Made by a program: the position numbers and the translations under genes. A stretch of DNA of 62,101 nt, counting the filler, from Basidioascus undulatus (Eukaryota): assembly GCA_000826855.1 (NCBI GenBank). It is 4 parts of 4 records of this genome, joined end to end, with 100 filler letters (N's around TTAATTAATTAA, not from the genome) between each part and the next. Parts side by side here need not be neighbours in the genome. Positions count along the whole stretch, not along the records: positions 10,582 to 40,960 come from JTLS01000112.1; 3 more parts are not named here. One strand, written 5' to 3'. The notes beneath the pieces were generated by a model. That model searched no databases. It was not told the DNA's origin and was given only the letters and a program-made list of their open reading frames with translations. The stretch's first letter is position 1. Each line of letters opens with the position of its first letter. This document shows, in pieces, positions 10,974 to 24,071 of the stretch.

Positions 10974-13085
10974 GATGGCTGATGGGTGCGCGTCGGTTAG
11001 AGAGTGGCTAGGGCGCGGTGGAAAGGGTGGTGTGGAATATTAAGCTGGATTGATCATTGTCGGTGTGCAAGATAGGGAACGTAAACCGGCGCAGAGGGCG
11101 CCCGGGAGGAGGAGCGCAGAGGAGGCAGAGGACTGGTGCTGCAGTGCTGCTGCGACCGAGACCGAGGACGAGAGGACTGCGGCGCAGCTCTGTCATTTCT
11201 CACTTGACACTCCTCTCTTGCCCTTTCTCTCCTTTTCTTCGACCACTTCAGCTCGCTACAGCCATACAATTGCTCGCACATATTTTTCCAATCCATGACG
11301 AGAACAGTTTCTGTTTCCCTAATCACCTGATAGCACTTCAGGGCCTGTAGAGCCGAGTGCCCGAAGGCCTCACGCGAGGCGTCTAGCGCCCAGGTAGACC
11401 GACGTCCCGCAGCGCTGCCCGGCACTGGCGCCGCCCTTCAGGTCACAGCGAGGAGGAAAGCAAATCAACTCTGTTATGAATCGTGTAAGCCGTTGGTTGC
11501 GCAGCTCACCCAAGTTCACGCGCTACATACCGTCGACGGTCACGCCAGCTGCGCCGCTTCGGTACGCAGCAAACCACCGTGTGCGAGAGGAGAGTGGCAG
11601 ATTCTCAGGCATCGAGCGATCATCGATACACGAGTTTGGGCGCTTGGACTTCGAGATTTCCTTCGAGGGCTTTGAACGAGCAGGGGGTATACTGGCAGGC
11701 GGGAGATAAGCAACACCCTGCGTCGCTGGATTTCACGAGCAGGACCGGTAAGCAATGAAAGCGAGCACGAAGGCAACGTGTGGCCTGAAAGAGTGGGCAT
11801 GAGCAACAGCAGAAGTGCCGCAGAGTCCTTCGTCGAGGGGATTGTGGACCCAAGTGGACCGCGGTCTTACACCAGTGGCGGAGAACGCTCTGATTTGCGA
11901 GTGGCAGTGCATCAGTTGTGTATAAGTTACCTAGATCATACAAGTGTCTGAGTTCCGGAGATTGAAAACACCCTTATATTCACTGTAGTAATATCCCAGG
12001 TTGGGTGAAGATTTTGATGCTCGAAGGCGAGGGCTGGCCACGGCGCGATATTGACGCACTGCCGCCGTCCGTTTACCGTGACTGCCTGTGAAACTCTCGT
12101 CTATCGGAAGCTGAGGCATATTCACCTTTCAATCCACTACAGAAGAAAACAAATGATGAGACCAACAGCCTGAGATCGCAGGATCACCCGCAGAGTCACG
12201 CTCTGGCTGCAAATTGAACGTACCACAAGCAAACGCTTGCCAAACCCTGCCACGACCAGGATTGCGGAGACAAGACTGGGGATATATTGGAACAAAGAGG
12301 TATTCTCCGTCCATAGAACTTTCCTCTGGTTTCGAACGGACTATAAGATGGCAAGGAGCCCACCGACGATCGCGTGTGGGGGGGTGCGGAGAAAGCAGGT
12401 CTTCATACTAACCAGCGCGAGACGTGTCCTATCCGTGGAGGATGAAGGAGCGGTCAAAGGATATTGGTCCATGCCGTCAGGCTGATCAGAAGGAGCGAGC
12501 CCAAGACTTTTGAAAAGGACCACCCGCCACGTGAAAAGACTGGACTGAACGTTCCAGCGCTGCAGTCAGCTCGCGCTGAGTGCCTTTCTTCGCAATGCTT
12601 TATTTCCCAAAAAGAAAAAGGATTCCCTTTCGAGAGCCTGTCGTCCCAGAATCATTTAAGCTCAAGGGGCTCTGGTATTGGGGCAGGACTGGAGTGGTCT
12701 TCGAAGTTCGACTGCAAGGTTGGAAGCAGGCGTCAGTGTACTTCACTGGGAGCCCGTTTTGTACGGTCTGTTCGACCCGTTGAAGTCCCCTGATTATTTA
12801 AAAGTCGTGATGAGCGACACTATTTGCAGTTTCAGCTTGCTCTACAGAAGCTCCACCGCCCCGATGGACTTGGCTCTCGGTGCGGCGAGAAGGCGCGCAC
12901 ACATACACACATGCGCACAGTCACCAAGCCTTCCCAAATAAGAAATGCAATTTATCCGTGTTACAGAAATGATTCAGGAATGTTTGCAGGAACTCCACAG
13001 ACGTGCTTCAGGGTGACGGAAGGGGTTCCTGTTGTTAAGACGCGACACCGGCCATTTCTTCAACTGTCCTCATGAAATTGACCAC

Positions 13086-13756
13086 CTACATCCACTCCAC
13101 CGAGCAATTAAACCCCAGCGGATTTGGACGCCGCCGGGCTGCCGTTGTCGTGGAGAACGACAGGCACTCGAGCGCAGGGAAGCGGTCCCCCTTCGCCTCG
13201 ACGACCTCTGCGAGCATGTCCGCGCACCGCTCGAACGTCCAACCCTCGTCGAGGTGAGGCTGGAAGCGGGCGAGCGCGGGCGGGAGGGCGTCGAGCCGGG
13301 GACAGGACGCGTCGCCTAGCCGACCGAGCAGCAGGCTAAGAGGGAGCGTGACCTGGCTAAGCTTGGTCCAATCCCTCAGGCTGCCCAGCGTCGTCCCGCC
13401 CCATTTGTACGCGAGGGGGTCGATGTGAAGGTGCGTGGGCGAGTATGCCACGTGCGCGTGCAGCGCCGCGCTGCTCGCAGCGTCGAACCAGTGTAGTGGA
13501 GCCTGCGCAATGCCCGTGGGAGGGCGAGGACGTGCACGAGGGGCTTGCGCGGCGACGTGATAGCTTGGTGCCAGAAGGGCAGGCGCGCCGAAGAGCCCCC
13601 ATCGTGGTGGGAGAGATCGATGGTTCGATAGAGCAGCGGCTCGGTCAGGGAGTGCAGGCGATGAGGGACGCGCGAAAGGGCAGGAAGGTCGAGCGGGTCG
13701 GTGAGGGAGACAATCTTCGCGAGGACCTCGTTGGGGAGGTCGAGGAGGGCTGCCAT
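13086..13756 (-). pseudogene. F-box protein with an internal frameshift
   Basis: MAALLDLPNEVLAKIVSLTDPLDLPALSRVPHRLHSLTEPLLYRTIDL is an F-box N-terminus. Coding switches frame near 13495 into HWFDAA...LGSLRDWTKLSQVTLPL...FPALECL. Confidence 0.7.
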
Positions 13757-14082
13757 GGCTACTGGCGGGCCCGACGATGAAAGAGAGGGAAAACGAGCGG
13801 TTGGCCTTAGTTGAACAAGGATGAGATTGAAAAGCGCAGAGGTCAGAACAGACGGAAAAAGGGACGATGGAGGTGAAAGACAACGAATATATTCTTCGAA
13901 TCGGTAAATTTACGACACTGCCGGTAGGTATCTCGGCCGGCGTAATCGGCAGGTTCGTGCGCTGGGGCTCACATCCAGTATTACTTGTACTTCGCGTGCG
14001 CTACCGGAGCATTAAAAGTGTCGCAGGGTTGCAGTTTCCTTGAGCTGAGCGTGGTGTGGTGTCCCTTAATACGCATGAACAG

Positions 14083-14101
14083 ACACACACACACACACAC
14101 A
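14083..14101. repeat. (AC)n microsatellite
   Basis: acacacacacacacacaca. Confidence 0.9.
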
Positions 14102-14650
14102 TGCAGGTGGCTGAGAACACATTGCTTCGCAAGTGGCCGTCTAATACCAACCATGTACGCTTGGATTGTAGTGTGTGTGTTTTGGCGGTTAAAAAACATG
14201 CCTTATCACTTACTACTGGGATAACAGACCAGGCTGGCTGAATCTTCAAGATGCCCGAAAGTGTGCTAGCCACGCGACATGGACGCACTGCCCCTTGTGT
14301 ACACTGTGCGTCTAAGCTCTATGAAAGTCTAGCGTCTATAGACAGTTCAAACAGCCATGCCTTTCAATCCACCCAAAAAGAGATCAAAGAAGACAGCAAA
14401 ACAGTATGAGATCGCATTACCACCCCAGGATCACGCCATGGCGGCACGGCGTTTGCTGGCATGTTCATTCTCGCATTCCGAACCGGCAAACGAAACGAGC
14501 CCTTTTCTCACATCCAACAACACAGGTACCACCATGATGTATCAATGATTCAGCGCTCGCAACCCAAACAAGGACAGGATCAAAGTACAGAAACCGGAAA
14601 CCATAACAAGTTCTTCGTATCGATTCGTATCCCCACCCACATGCATCCGC

Positions 14651-17441
14651 TCAGACCTTCTCGATGCGCTCATCCTTCTCTTTCTCGATCTCCCCGGCCG
14701 ACTCGACGTCGCCGAGGTGGCGGTCGTCGTGTGGCGGGGTGACGGCGCCCCCGGCGCGGTTGTCGTACCGCTTGAAGAGGTACTTGGTGTCGCGGAGGGA
14801 CTGCGCGGTGAGGGAGCCCTCGAAGAGCTGATGGATGTCCTCGATAGCGTACCCGCCTGTCTCGGGGAGGAACAGCACCGCCCAGACGACGGCGGTCATG
14901 GTCGTGCACCCGAAAAGCCTGGGCAGCCGCGGCCATGCGTCAGAGACGCTGGACGAGTTCGTAGGGGGAGGAGAAGTGGGAGGCGCACAGGTAGGTTCCC
15001 CACTTGATCTTGTTGAGGAGGATGGGCGTGATCTTGGAGATGGTGAAGTTGAACAGCCTGCAATGCAGAACAGAATATCAGACTGCGTCCCCCTGGAGAC
15101 ACAGCTGTGTCGAAACGTACCAGTTGCTCATCAATCCAACAGACATGGTGAGCGAGCGCAGGTGGTTTGGCACAGACTCGGACATCGCCGGCCAGGGACT
15201 GCAATAGCAACAAGGTCAGCCTCACCTGTGGATGCTGAGGGTGGGTCAAAGACGTACGCAACCGACCACTGTGAGGAATAGTGTCTCGTCAGTGGAACCC
15301 CGCGTATCCTGGGCATACGAGAAGTGTACACACCCCGAAAGCTAAAGAAACGGTTCGGGTCAGCCTCCTCGAAGAAGTCGGGAACAGGATGAAAGTCTTA
15401 CAGTACAGTGACACGTAGAGGCTAAAGGAACGGGCTTGGGGTCAATACGCTAGAAGGATTATGGACAGGGGAAAGACGGACTAAATAGCAAGGATTGCGA
15501 CGTAGCTGGCGCCGTCGATTTTGTCGCTGCCTTCGCGAATCTGGCGGTACCCGGCGATGTAGAACATGGGCAGAGCCTGGCCAACACCGCCCCAGACGAG
15601 GAGCGCCTTGCGGCCGTACTGCTCCATGCCCAAGGACAGGACGGTGAGCGTCATGACGATCTTGACGACCCCGTAGATGCTGCAGAGTGGCTGTTTCAGC
15701 GACAGCTGCTTCGAACAGGGAGAAACGCGCAGTCCCACCCTGTGCCCAGCAAGCTCGCTGTGTCGCCCTTCATGCCCAATTCCTCAAAGATGATGGGGCT
15801 GTAGTAGTTCTTTGGTATTTCGAAAGCGGAAGGTTAGTCGCCGTGCCAGACCTGAGAGACAGTTCGAGCGACTCACCATGCTGTTCACCTGGAATCGCAG
15901 ATCCGACTTGGTTAGCTACTTGCTCACGAAAAAATGAGAGAAAGATCCACGTACTCCAGTCCATTGCTGGAACGCCATCAGAATGAAAGGTAACGAGCAC
16001 CGGTAGAACATCTTCTTGCTAGAAGTCGCCTCGCGGAACTGCTCGAGCAGGCTGAGTCTGACGCGGCCTTCAAGGTCGGCGCGGATCGCGTCTGCCTCCT
16101 CCATGACCTGAGGGTCCGTAATAGGCCGGTCTCGAAGGCGTGCGATCACTGCTAAGCTCTCCTCCCAGCGGCCCCGCTCCGCCAGCCACCGAGGCGACTC
16201 CTTCTCGAAGATCATGGTTGCTAAGGGGTGGGAGTCGCTCGTGAGCTCGGAAGTGGCCAGGCGTATGTCAACACGTACCAACGAGAAGAACTCCCGGGAT
16301 GAGCTGAAGCGCGAAGGGAACGCGCCATTGAGCTACGGCATTCTCGTCGGCGCCGTACCTGCGTGGTGCGAGTCGCATTGTTCAGGACGTGCAGCCCTAT
16401 TTGATGAAAGAACAAGCGAACCTTTGGAGGAACGCGTAGTTAATCCAAAAGCTGACCGCTATTCCGACGACTATTGCCAGCTGGTACATCCCTGACATGA
16501 TAAAATACATGGTAAGCACAGGAGAGTTGACCGAGAAAAAGGCGACAGAAAACGCACCTGTGAGACGGCCGCGGATCGCCTTTGACGACGACTCGCTGAT
16601 ATACTAAATTAGAAATACGGACCGTCAGTTAGGAGCTTAAGTTATATTAAGAATCGATAGACATACCATGGGGACAACGACCGAGACCAAGCCTACGCCG
16701 AAGCCTCCCAGCGCACGCCCGATGTAGAGCTGGGGAGTCCCTTGCCGTCAAGAAGTTTGCCTCGAGTTAGTTTCCACAGATATAAGCGTACCTGAATGAG
16801 CCCCGCTCCCGGAGATTGACCACCAGACACACAAGCGATCTGAAGGACCGAGCCGAGGAAGAAGAAGAAGGCGGCTACGAAAAGTGCAACGCGTCTGCCC
16901 CAGCGCTCGGCAATGACGGCAGCAGACATCGCTCCCTGAATATATCTCATAGTTAATGGAGTGCAGAAAGGGGATATTGGATATTGGACAATCAATTGCA
17001 CTCACGAAGAAGCAGCCTGCCTGCAAGACAGATACGATCCATCCCGACAGGTTTGCATACGCCGCAGTGTCGACGTCCAGGCCGAACGACTTCTTGAATG
17101 ATGTCCGAGGCAGCTGTTCCAAAAATCAATGAGACCCCCCTTTCGAACATGGTAAATACAGCCACGCCACAGCTACTTACAATGCCGCCAATCAGTCCCG
17201 TGCTGCAAAAGGATGTCAGTATGCTGTTTCGCAGCCGCCACTGCGACTGTGCCGTCTACTCACTCCCAGCCAAACATCATTCCTCCCCAGCAGGCACTCA
17301 AAGCCATCCTGAATAGGGAAGACCTTTTGGTTGATCTTTCCACATCTCCATCTCAGCATGAAGGACGGACCAGTACTGCCGCCTGTTCGCCTTCATGTCC
17401 CGCGCGACATCGACCGTCTGAGCTATCGGGTTCCAGCCCAT
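14651..17441 (-). CDS. MFS sugar-porter family transporter (quinate permease/hexose transporter-like), about 18 introns
   Basis: Spliced: GGMMFGWDTGLIGG, IVSVLQAGCFFGA, ERWGRR, PMYISESSSKAIRGRL, QWRVPFALQLIPG, ESPRWL, FQQWTGVNSMNYYSP, YGRK and LPETGG. All introns are GT-AG and the frame is intact. Confidence 0.93.
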
Positions 17442-20121
17442 CCTCGTCTGCACTTCGTTGCCTGTAGGGTTGTTGGTGCGGGTTTCGGGTGTGAGATAGA
17501 TTGTGTGGACGAGGAAACGTGCATTCACTCGCGTGCGGACTTATGAGTGCGACGCACAGTGGGACGAGGCGGAGCAAACGGCCCGCCATTACCGGTCCGG
17601 AGACCCACAAGCTCTGCTTCCCCTGATCGTCGATACGAAGTTGCCTCGGGCCGCTCTTGTTCATGCGGGTGGACGAACAACCATCAGAGCTCAAGGCAGC
17701 GCCACGAAAATAGTGCTCTTGGAATTTGTCACCGCAGACTTAGAGCCACAGGGCAGCGTATGCAGAAAGTCGGCGTGAGCCAGCTGGTTGCCTAATACCC
17801 AGGCTGTTCCTCTCACCTCTGCGCCCACCAGCCAAACTGCGCATTGTGAGGCCCGCTTCAAGATAGCACTCTCATTCGCATTCGCCAGTCCACTAACTTC
17901 TAAAATTCCAGTGTCTATTCTGATCTCTTCCGGCATCCACGGTCCGGACGCTCTTGGCGTAAAGCAACGCCCGGGCAGCAGCACTCACGCGTGTCGCTGC
18001 CCACATGACCAGGATGGTCGAACGCCGAAAGGCCAGGCCGACGTATATTCCTCTTTTGCTCTTTCTTTACAACACCGAGACGCCTTGATCTGAGAAGGGT
18101 TGGCCAAAAGGGTTTGAGGGCTTGTGCATGAGCGAGTATCCAGGGAGTGCGTGGTGTTTGTGGCGCCGTTATCACTGGCACAAAGCAAGCCGCTTCAATT
18201 GTCGGTACGCTTTGGGAGATAGTTAGCTGTCCATAGAATAATTCCATAATACATCTTTATATTTCCCATGATAGCCGACGATAACATCCCTAGGTTTGTT
18301 TGGATGATGATGGTGCTCCCGCTTCTGTGGTACACACTGTAAAAGCACTTAATATCCAAGAATCGAGTGAATACATGTAAGAAAAAGTGGTCGTCCTGAG
18401 AGTGCCTATCCTTGGTGGACGCACTGGCTGTCAGGTGTCGCTTCCGCCGCGGGCTGCAGTGCCATCGATGACCCACTTATTTAAGTTTTGTGGTGTACAA
18501 GACCAGTTGAGGATCCAGCTTCAAGAAATGTCAGGAGCCAATGATACCTCAAGCGTCCGTCGGGGCTCCTCCACTCATGACACATTGCCTGGCTCACGGG
18601 CGGCACCCAACACGATTATGAGTTTGCATGGTCTGTGCTGATGGCTGAGGTATGTTGCAAAACATGTATCTTATGAAAACCAGCGGTTCAGCCAGGTTTT
18701 CGCCTGATAGGGTACCTACGTCTCCAGGCGAGATGGGCGAAGCCTGCTTGGCGAGCCACTCACTGGCAGCGGCGTGGGGAGGACCAACCTTTGGGTGGGG
18801 ATCACTTCGGATGTATAAAGCGTCTCACATTGAGTTACCCTTGATAAATATTTTGGAGTCGGGTGATAGCCAGAATGCATGACTGAGAATGGGTTCAGGC
18901 GGTGCACGCAGCCTCTGCAGGTAACGCTTCGCGGTCAACTCCTGCCGGGACTCGTCGAATATTCCCAACGGCATCCGTGCCTCTCTTATCCGCAGACCAA
19001 GGCGTAAAGGATGTAGCGCTGTCACCCATCGTTGCATCGTTCAGGGCCAACTATTTGGCCGTGAATATTCTTTGTGTTTGTGTGGGATACGAGAAGCATA
19101 GGGTTGCTCAATGACTGGGTCACTACTCATCGGCGGGCCTTCTGCGGATACGCTCACTGAGAAGACGACCTCTGCCACGAGCGAGCGGTTTCGCATCTAC
19201 TACTGCCGGCGAATTATTACACAAAGAAAGTGCACCTGAACCTATCGCTACCCATATGGTGCATCGCAGTACAGACCGGTGCTACCTGGTGCCACTGGCA
19301 GTCAGTGCTGGCAGCGCCCTTTCTCTCCGCCAGGAACATCGCTGATATTGGCAGGAACAGCTTGGATCGTCAGAAATATTTGGCGAAAGGCCCGTTCCTG
19401 GGTCGGAGGCTGATCCATTCGAACAGGAAAATATTAATTCCACCGTAGAATTTGTTACATATCACTCTTCAGGAAGGCCCAAGAAAAGAGCGCAGCTGCG
19501 GTGCGATAGGCTGCGCGCCAGTCGATGAGGACGTAGGACCAAGCGCTTCACTCCGACGCTTCACCATCTCGGCACTTTCTTACACTCTTCCATTCGCCTG
19601 AAGGCTTTGAAGGAGCAATAATACATCTTCAAGGACAAAGAACCGGGTGGGTCATGCTTGTGCTTTGGTGCAAGACCCATAATACAAATCTGGCGAGAAA
19701 GGCTGTTGATACGGTCGGCATTCTGAAAAGCGGAGCCTCTCCCTCTCTCGCAACCTCCAATCTCTGACGGTCTCCCGTTCTACTTTGGTTCTCTCTCCTG
19801 GCTTTGGCCAAGACGCTTACAGCCGCTGATGCCGCCGCATTGCTGTCCTTGCGCCGCTGTTGTGACATCCCTTCTTTTGGATCGATTCCATTTGTGTAAG
19901 CTCAAGGTCGATGCGAGACGATATGTTGGGCAGCCGACGTGCCGTCTGAGGGTGTAGCCCCTTGCTCACTCTCCTGAGCTGAACCACTGCGTCCAAAATC
20001 CCGCTATACACCGCTCATAACCACTTTGCACGGCCACTACCACGCTCTACCTCCCGACACTCGACATTCCCCTTGGTTCCACTCGCTCATCACTTCACCG
20101 CCCAGCCTGACGACGCCTAGG

Positions 20122-23100
20122 ATGGAGCCAGCCGGCGAGAAGACGCCTCCGGCCGAGCAGCAGCAGGAGCCGCAGGCGCTCCCAACTTCGCAGCCCATGG
20201 TTGCTACCGGTAGCTCCGAGACGGAGGGCAGCTCGCCCGAGCGTACCCGTCGCGTGCAGTGGAGCGAGGTCGAGAAGCACGACGCCGCGAGCGTCAAGGA
20301 GAAGGAGGAGGAGCCGCAGGTAGACCGTAAGGTGCTGGAAGACCTACGACGGTGTGTTTGCTACTTCATCGTTGCTTTGGGCGTGCTTTGGGCGCCGTTT
20401 GGGATGTGGCTATGGGGGGGGAGCTCGGCTGCGGGACGGTCAGTTATTAATCCGCCTCCGTCTTCGCAGCTCACTCTTCTCCGCGTCTGGCCAGCCTGTG
20501 CCGCACGGCGGTGGCACGCTGCCGAGTGACCCAACGCGGGCTGCTGAAGACCATGGCGTACTCGACAATTTTGCGGGCGCAGATTCCGAGTTTATGATTC
20601 CTTCGGGTGAGTCCTCATGCTTCAGGCCCATCATTCCGCTGGTCGCTGATCCACAATGATCTGGATAGGGGAGACCGAGGGCCTTCCGTCGCTTGCTGCC
20701 CGTCGGCGGGCCACCAAGTCGAGCGCTGATAACATCGTTTCCCGCAAGTTCCGGTCGTTCTTCGGCTCGAAGAAGAAGAAGGAGGGCCAGATGGCGAAGG
20801 AGGGCACGGACGTCGAGGCGCAGGGCGACGACGTGTCGGACGAGGAGGACCTCACGCAGGAGGACAGAACCGTCAACCAGCCCACGAGCGTCCTAGGCAG
20901 TCTTCTCGCGCTCAAGGAGGCGGATAACTCGTCCGCGAGCACGCCATCGGCGAGCGTGCTCAGCCTTCCCCTTTCCGATGCCGAGAGCAACTGGGAGACG
21001 GACGGCGAGGGGCAGGGGAAGAGCGGAGCCGGGAGCGGAGCAGCAACGCCGCATCTTCCCGAAGGGGACGTCGGGGACGGTGGGTACTATTCTTTGGCTT
21101 GGTCGCTGGCAGGTCAGATGGGTTGAGCTGATGAGCGAGCGCCTTTCAACAGCGACACTCCGTCCGACGACGCCCGGATCGACCACGACTACGCTCGTTC
21201 CGGAGTCGGGCGGTTCCAGCGCCGTATCGATGCGTTCCGGCAAGAGCGGGCTGCACCCAAAAGGTCACCCGGCTTTCCTCAAGCACGGCGCTAACGCGAT
21301 CTCGAGCGCCGCTCACAGCGCGGTGTCTACGCCGGGTTCTATCGCGAAGGTCGTCGGGCGCCAGCTCGGAAGTGACAAGAAAAAGAAAGAAGACGCTGCG
21401 GAGCGTAAGAGGAGGAAGAGGGAGAAGAAGAAGCAAGAGGTACGCTGCTGCGTCGACTTCTTGTCGGACGACACTGACCGCGATTTGCCGTCTTCTAGAT
21501 CGTGCTTCATCTCGCGGCACTCATTGAGAGGCAGGAGTTCATCATGAAGCTGACTCGTGCTCTTATCATGTGCGCTCATCTCTTCGTTAATCGTCCTACT
21601 TCCTTGCACCTTACTGCTTTCTCACACCTCGAGGATGGATCACCGCAGGTTCGGCTCGCCCTCGCACCGCCTCGAGCAGCTTATCCAGAATACGGGCAAC
21701 TATCTGGAGGCGCCCGTCCAGTGCGTGTTCACACCCGGCGTGATGACTCTTTCCTTCTCGGATCCGGGTACCCGCACGAGCGACACCAAGTTCATCAAGC
21801 AGGGCTCGGGGCTTGATCTTGATCGCTTGCCGAAGACGCACACCGTTTACCGGAAAGTGCTGCACGGCAAGATGACTGTCACGGAAGCTTCTGCGGAGCT
21901 GGACAGCATCGTGCGTTCTTTCCCTCGTTGGTGTTGTGAGAGCTCGTTCGAAACTCAGCTGACGAAGGAGGCGGTGTTAGATGCTCTCGAAGCCGACGTG
22001 GAACGCATTTTGTACCATCATCATCGGCATGTTCTGTTCTGCCTGGTAAGTGACTCGCCGTAGTGTGGTAGCACTGGACCGTATGTTTACCCTGCTCTGT
22101 AGGATTACTCCGCTCGCGTTCGGCGGATCGTTCGTTGTAAATAATTCTCATTGCTCTGAGTTCTTCCACCGCCTTCATTAACCCCTTCATCACTCCACAG
22201 GATGCTCTCGCGGCTGCCATTCTCGGTGGCTTGCTGGTGACTGTGCAGATGATCGTGGCCAAAAAGGTAGATCGCTCTTCCATTGTATCAGAGTTTCGGG
22301 ATTGACAACTGAAATGCTACATTTCCTTGCGCTGATCAGGAGTCGTACAGGCAAGTCGCTCTTCCGTCACATCAGGCGGTCTGTACTGACGCACCGCTGT
22401 GATTTGAATTGGTGCAGCAACATCTTCGAGTAAGGTTTACCAATAACCTCTTTATATTCCAAAGATGCTGACGCGCACTGATTTGGATAGGATCTTGGTT
22501 TCGGCGATCAACTCGTTCATCGCGGCAGCCCTTGGGTATTCGGGGGTCTTCTGCTACAGTGCCGTCGTGGCCGGCAGCGTTGTGCTCATCCTGCCTGGTA
22601 TGTATTCTAACCGCCTCGATTACCAGACGACTCAATCTCACATTCATCTAATCGCAGGGTTCATCATCCTATGCGGGTCCCTCGAGTTGACGTCGCGTAA
22701 CATCTCCGCCGGGTCGGTTCGCATGTTCTATGCCATCATCTACGCTTTGTTTCGAAAGTTACTTTTTCATGTTTTATTGAGAAGAAGTAGTCCTGACAAG
22801 CATAACGACTCTTTTGGCGCGCACAGTGGGCTTCGGGATCTCGTTGGGCTGTGAGCGATTCCCTCCCCCACCGCGCTTCCTTGGATTCTTCAGCTAACCC
22901 ATGTTGCCTAGATTTGTTCTGGTTCCTTATCACCGGCAAATCGGTGCGTGAGACTGTGCATGGGCGACGACAGGAGCAGACTCTGTTCGCGAAGCCTTTA
23001 CTGACTTTATCGCCTTTCATACTTTCGCAGGTGTACGACAGCAACACCCAAGACTGCACGGCGGTATCTCCTCTCAACGACCGTGCGTTTTAGCGATCCT

Positions 23101-24071
23101 CTGTCGAATTGCCATCCTGTCTAACTCGGCGATCGTTCAGCTTCGGTACCATGGTGGAAGCGCGCCGCTCCCGTCAAGTACTACATCCTCTTTGCGCCCA
23201 TGTTCCAGCTGTTCCTGGCGCTCCGTAACCAAACAAGGCTGACGTCGAGGACGCTCTTTGTCATGGTTCGTCCAACTCCGCGAGCAGCAAAGCATGTTCT
23301 CGATAGCTTCGATGCTGACGTTTCCTGCTGCACAGGTGTTCATCGGCTCAGCAGGGCAAGCCCCAACACCTCCTTTAATCTGGATGCCGTCCAGGTGCTA
23401 ACATAAATTCTGCAGGTACACCGTAAACTACTTCGTATCCCACAACAGTCGTTTCGGTGGCCGGTACGAACTCTGACATGGACATGCTCGATGAAGCTGG
23501 AGTTGAGATATTCTCTTCGACATCAGCGCCGACATCTCCAGTGCTTTCGGCGCCTTCACTGTCGGTCTGCTCGGTAACCTTTGGGGTCGCCTTACATCGT
23601 AAGTATTCAGACTGGGGTGGAGGAGATGACCGATCCAACTAATGTCGCCCATCGTACTCTACAGCGACTCCGGTTTCGTCGTCATGACTCCCGGCATCTT
23701 GTTTCAACTGCCTTCCGGCTTTGGTCAGGGCGGTTTGCTGGCGTTTGCGTCGACGAGTAGGTCGGCGTGCTGGCGTAACACTTCTGCTGTATACTCACAG
23801 ATGCGGCGACGCTGCACAGACTCAAGTAGAGACGTGCAATACAACGCCGGACAGGATCTTGGACAGAGCCTCATCGCCATCGCCAACGGTAAGCTGTGTT
23901 TCCCATCTATAATCCGGTCGTCTCGTGGTGTCATCGCGCGTCGTTGGGGTATCTGGCTGAAGGACGTTCTTTCCGGATGCAGGCCTTACCGTCGGTCTGT
24001 TCTTCTCGTCGGCCCTCATCAATCCTTCGTCGAGGAACAAGCGCAAGCAGGCGCATCTGTTCAGTTTCTAG
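20122..24071 (+). CDS. PRM10: Pheromone-regulated membrane protein 10-like (ThrE/DUF1212 family), about 22 introns
   Basis: FIMKLTRALIMFGSPSHRLE, QGSGLDL, FGGSFVD, YSNIFEI, VLILPGFIILCGSLEL...GSVRMFYAIIYALFLGFG, PGILFQLPSG and C-terminal LFSF*. Confidence 0.9.

Noticed and set aside
11450..12950. Possible degenerate TE or gene remnant
   Set aside because: No recognisable motif in any frame; cannot be supported without a search.
17600..20000. Short ORFs in the long divergent intergenic region
   Set aside because: No coding bias or motifs.
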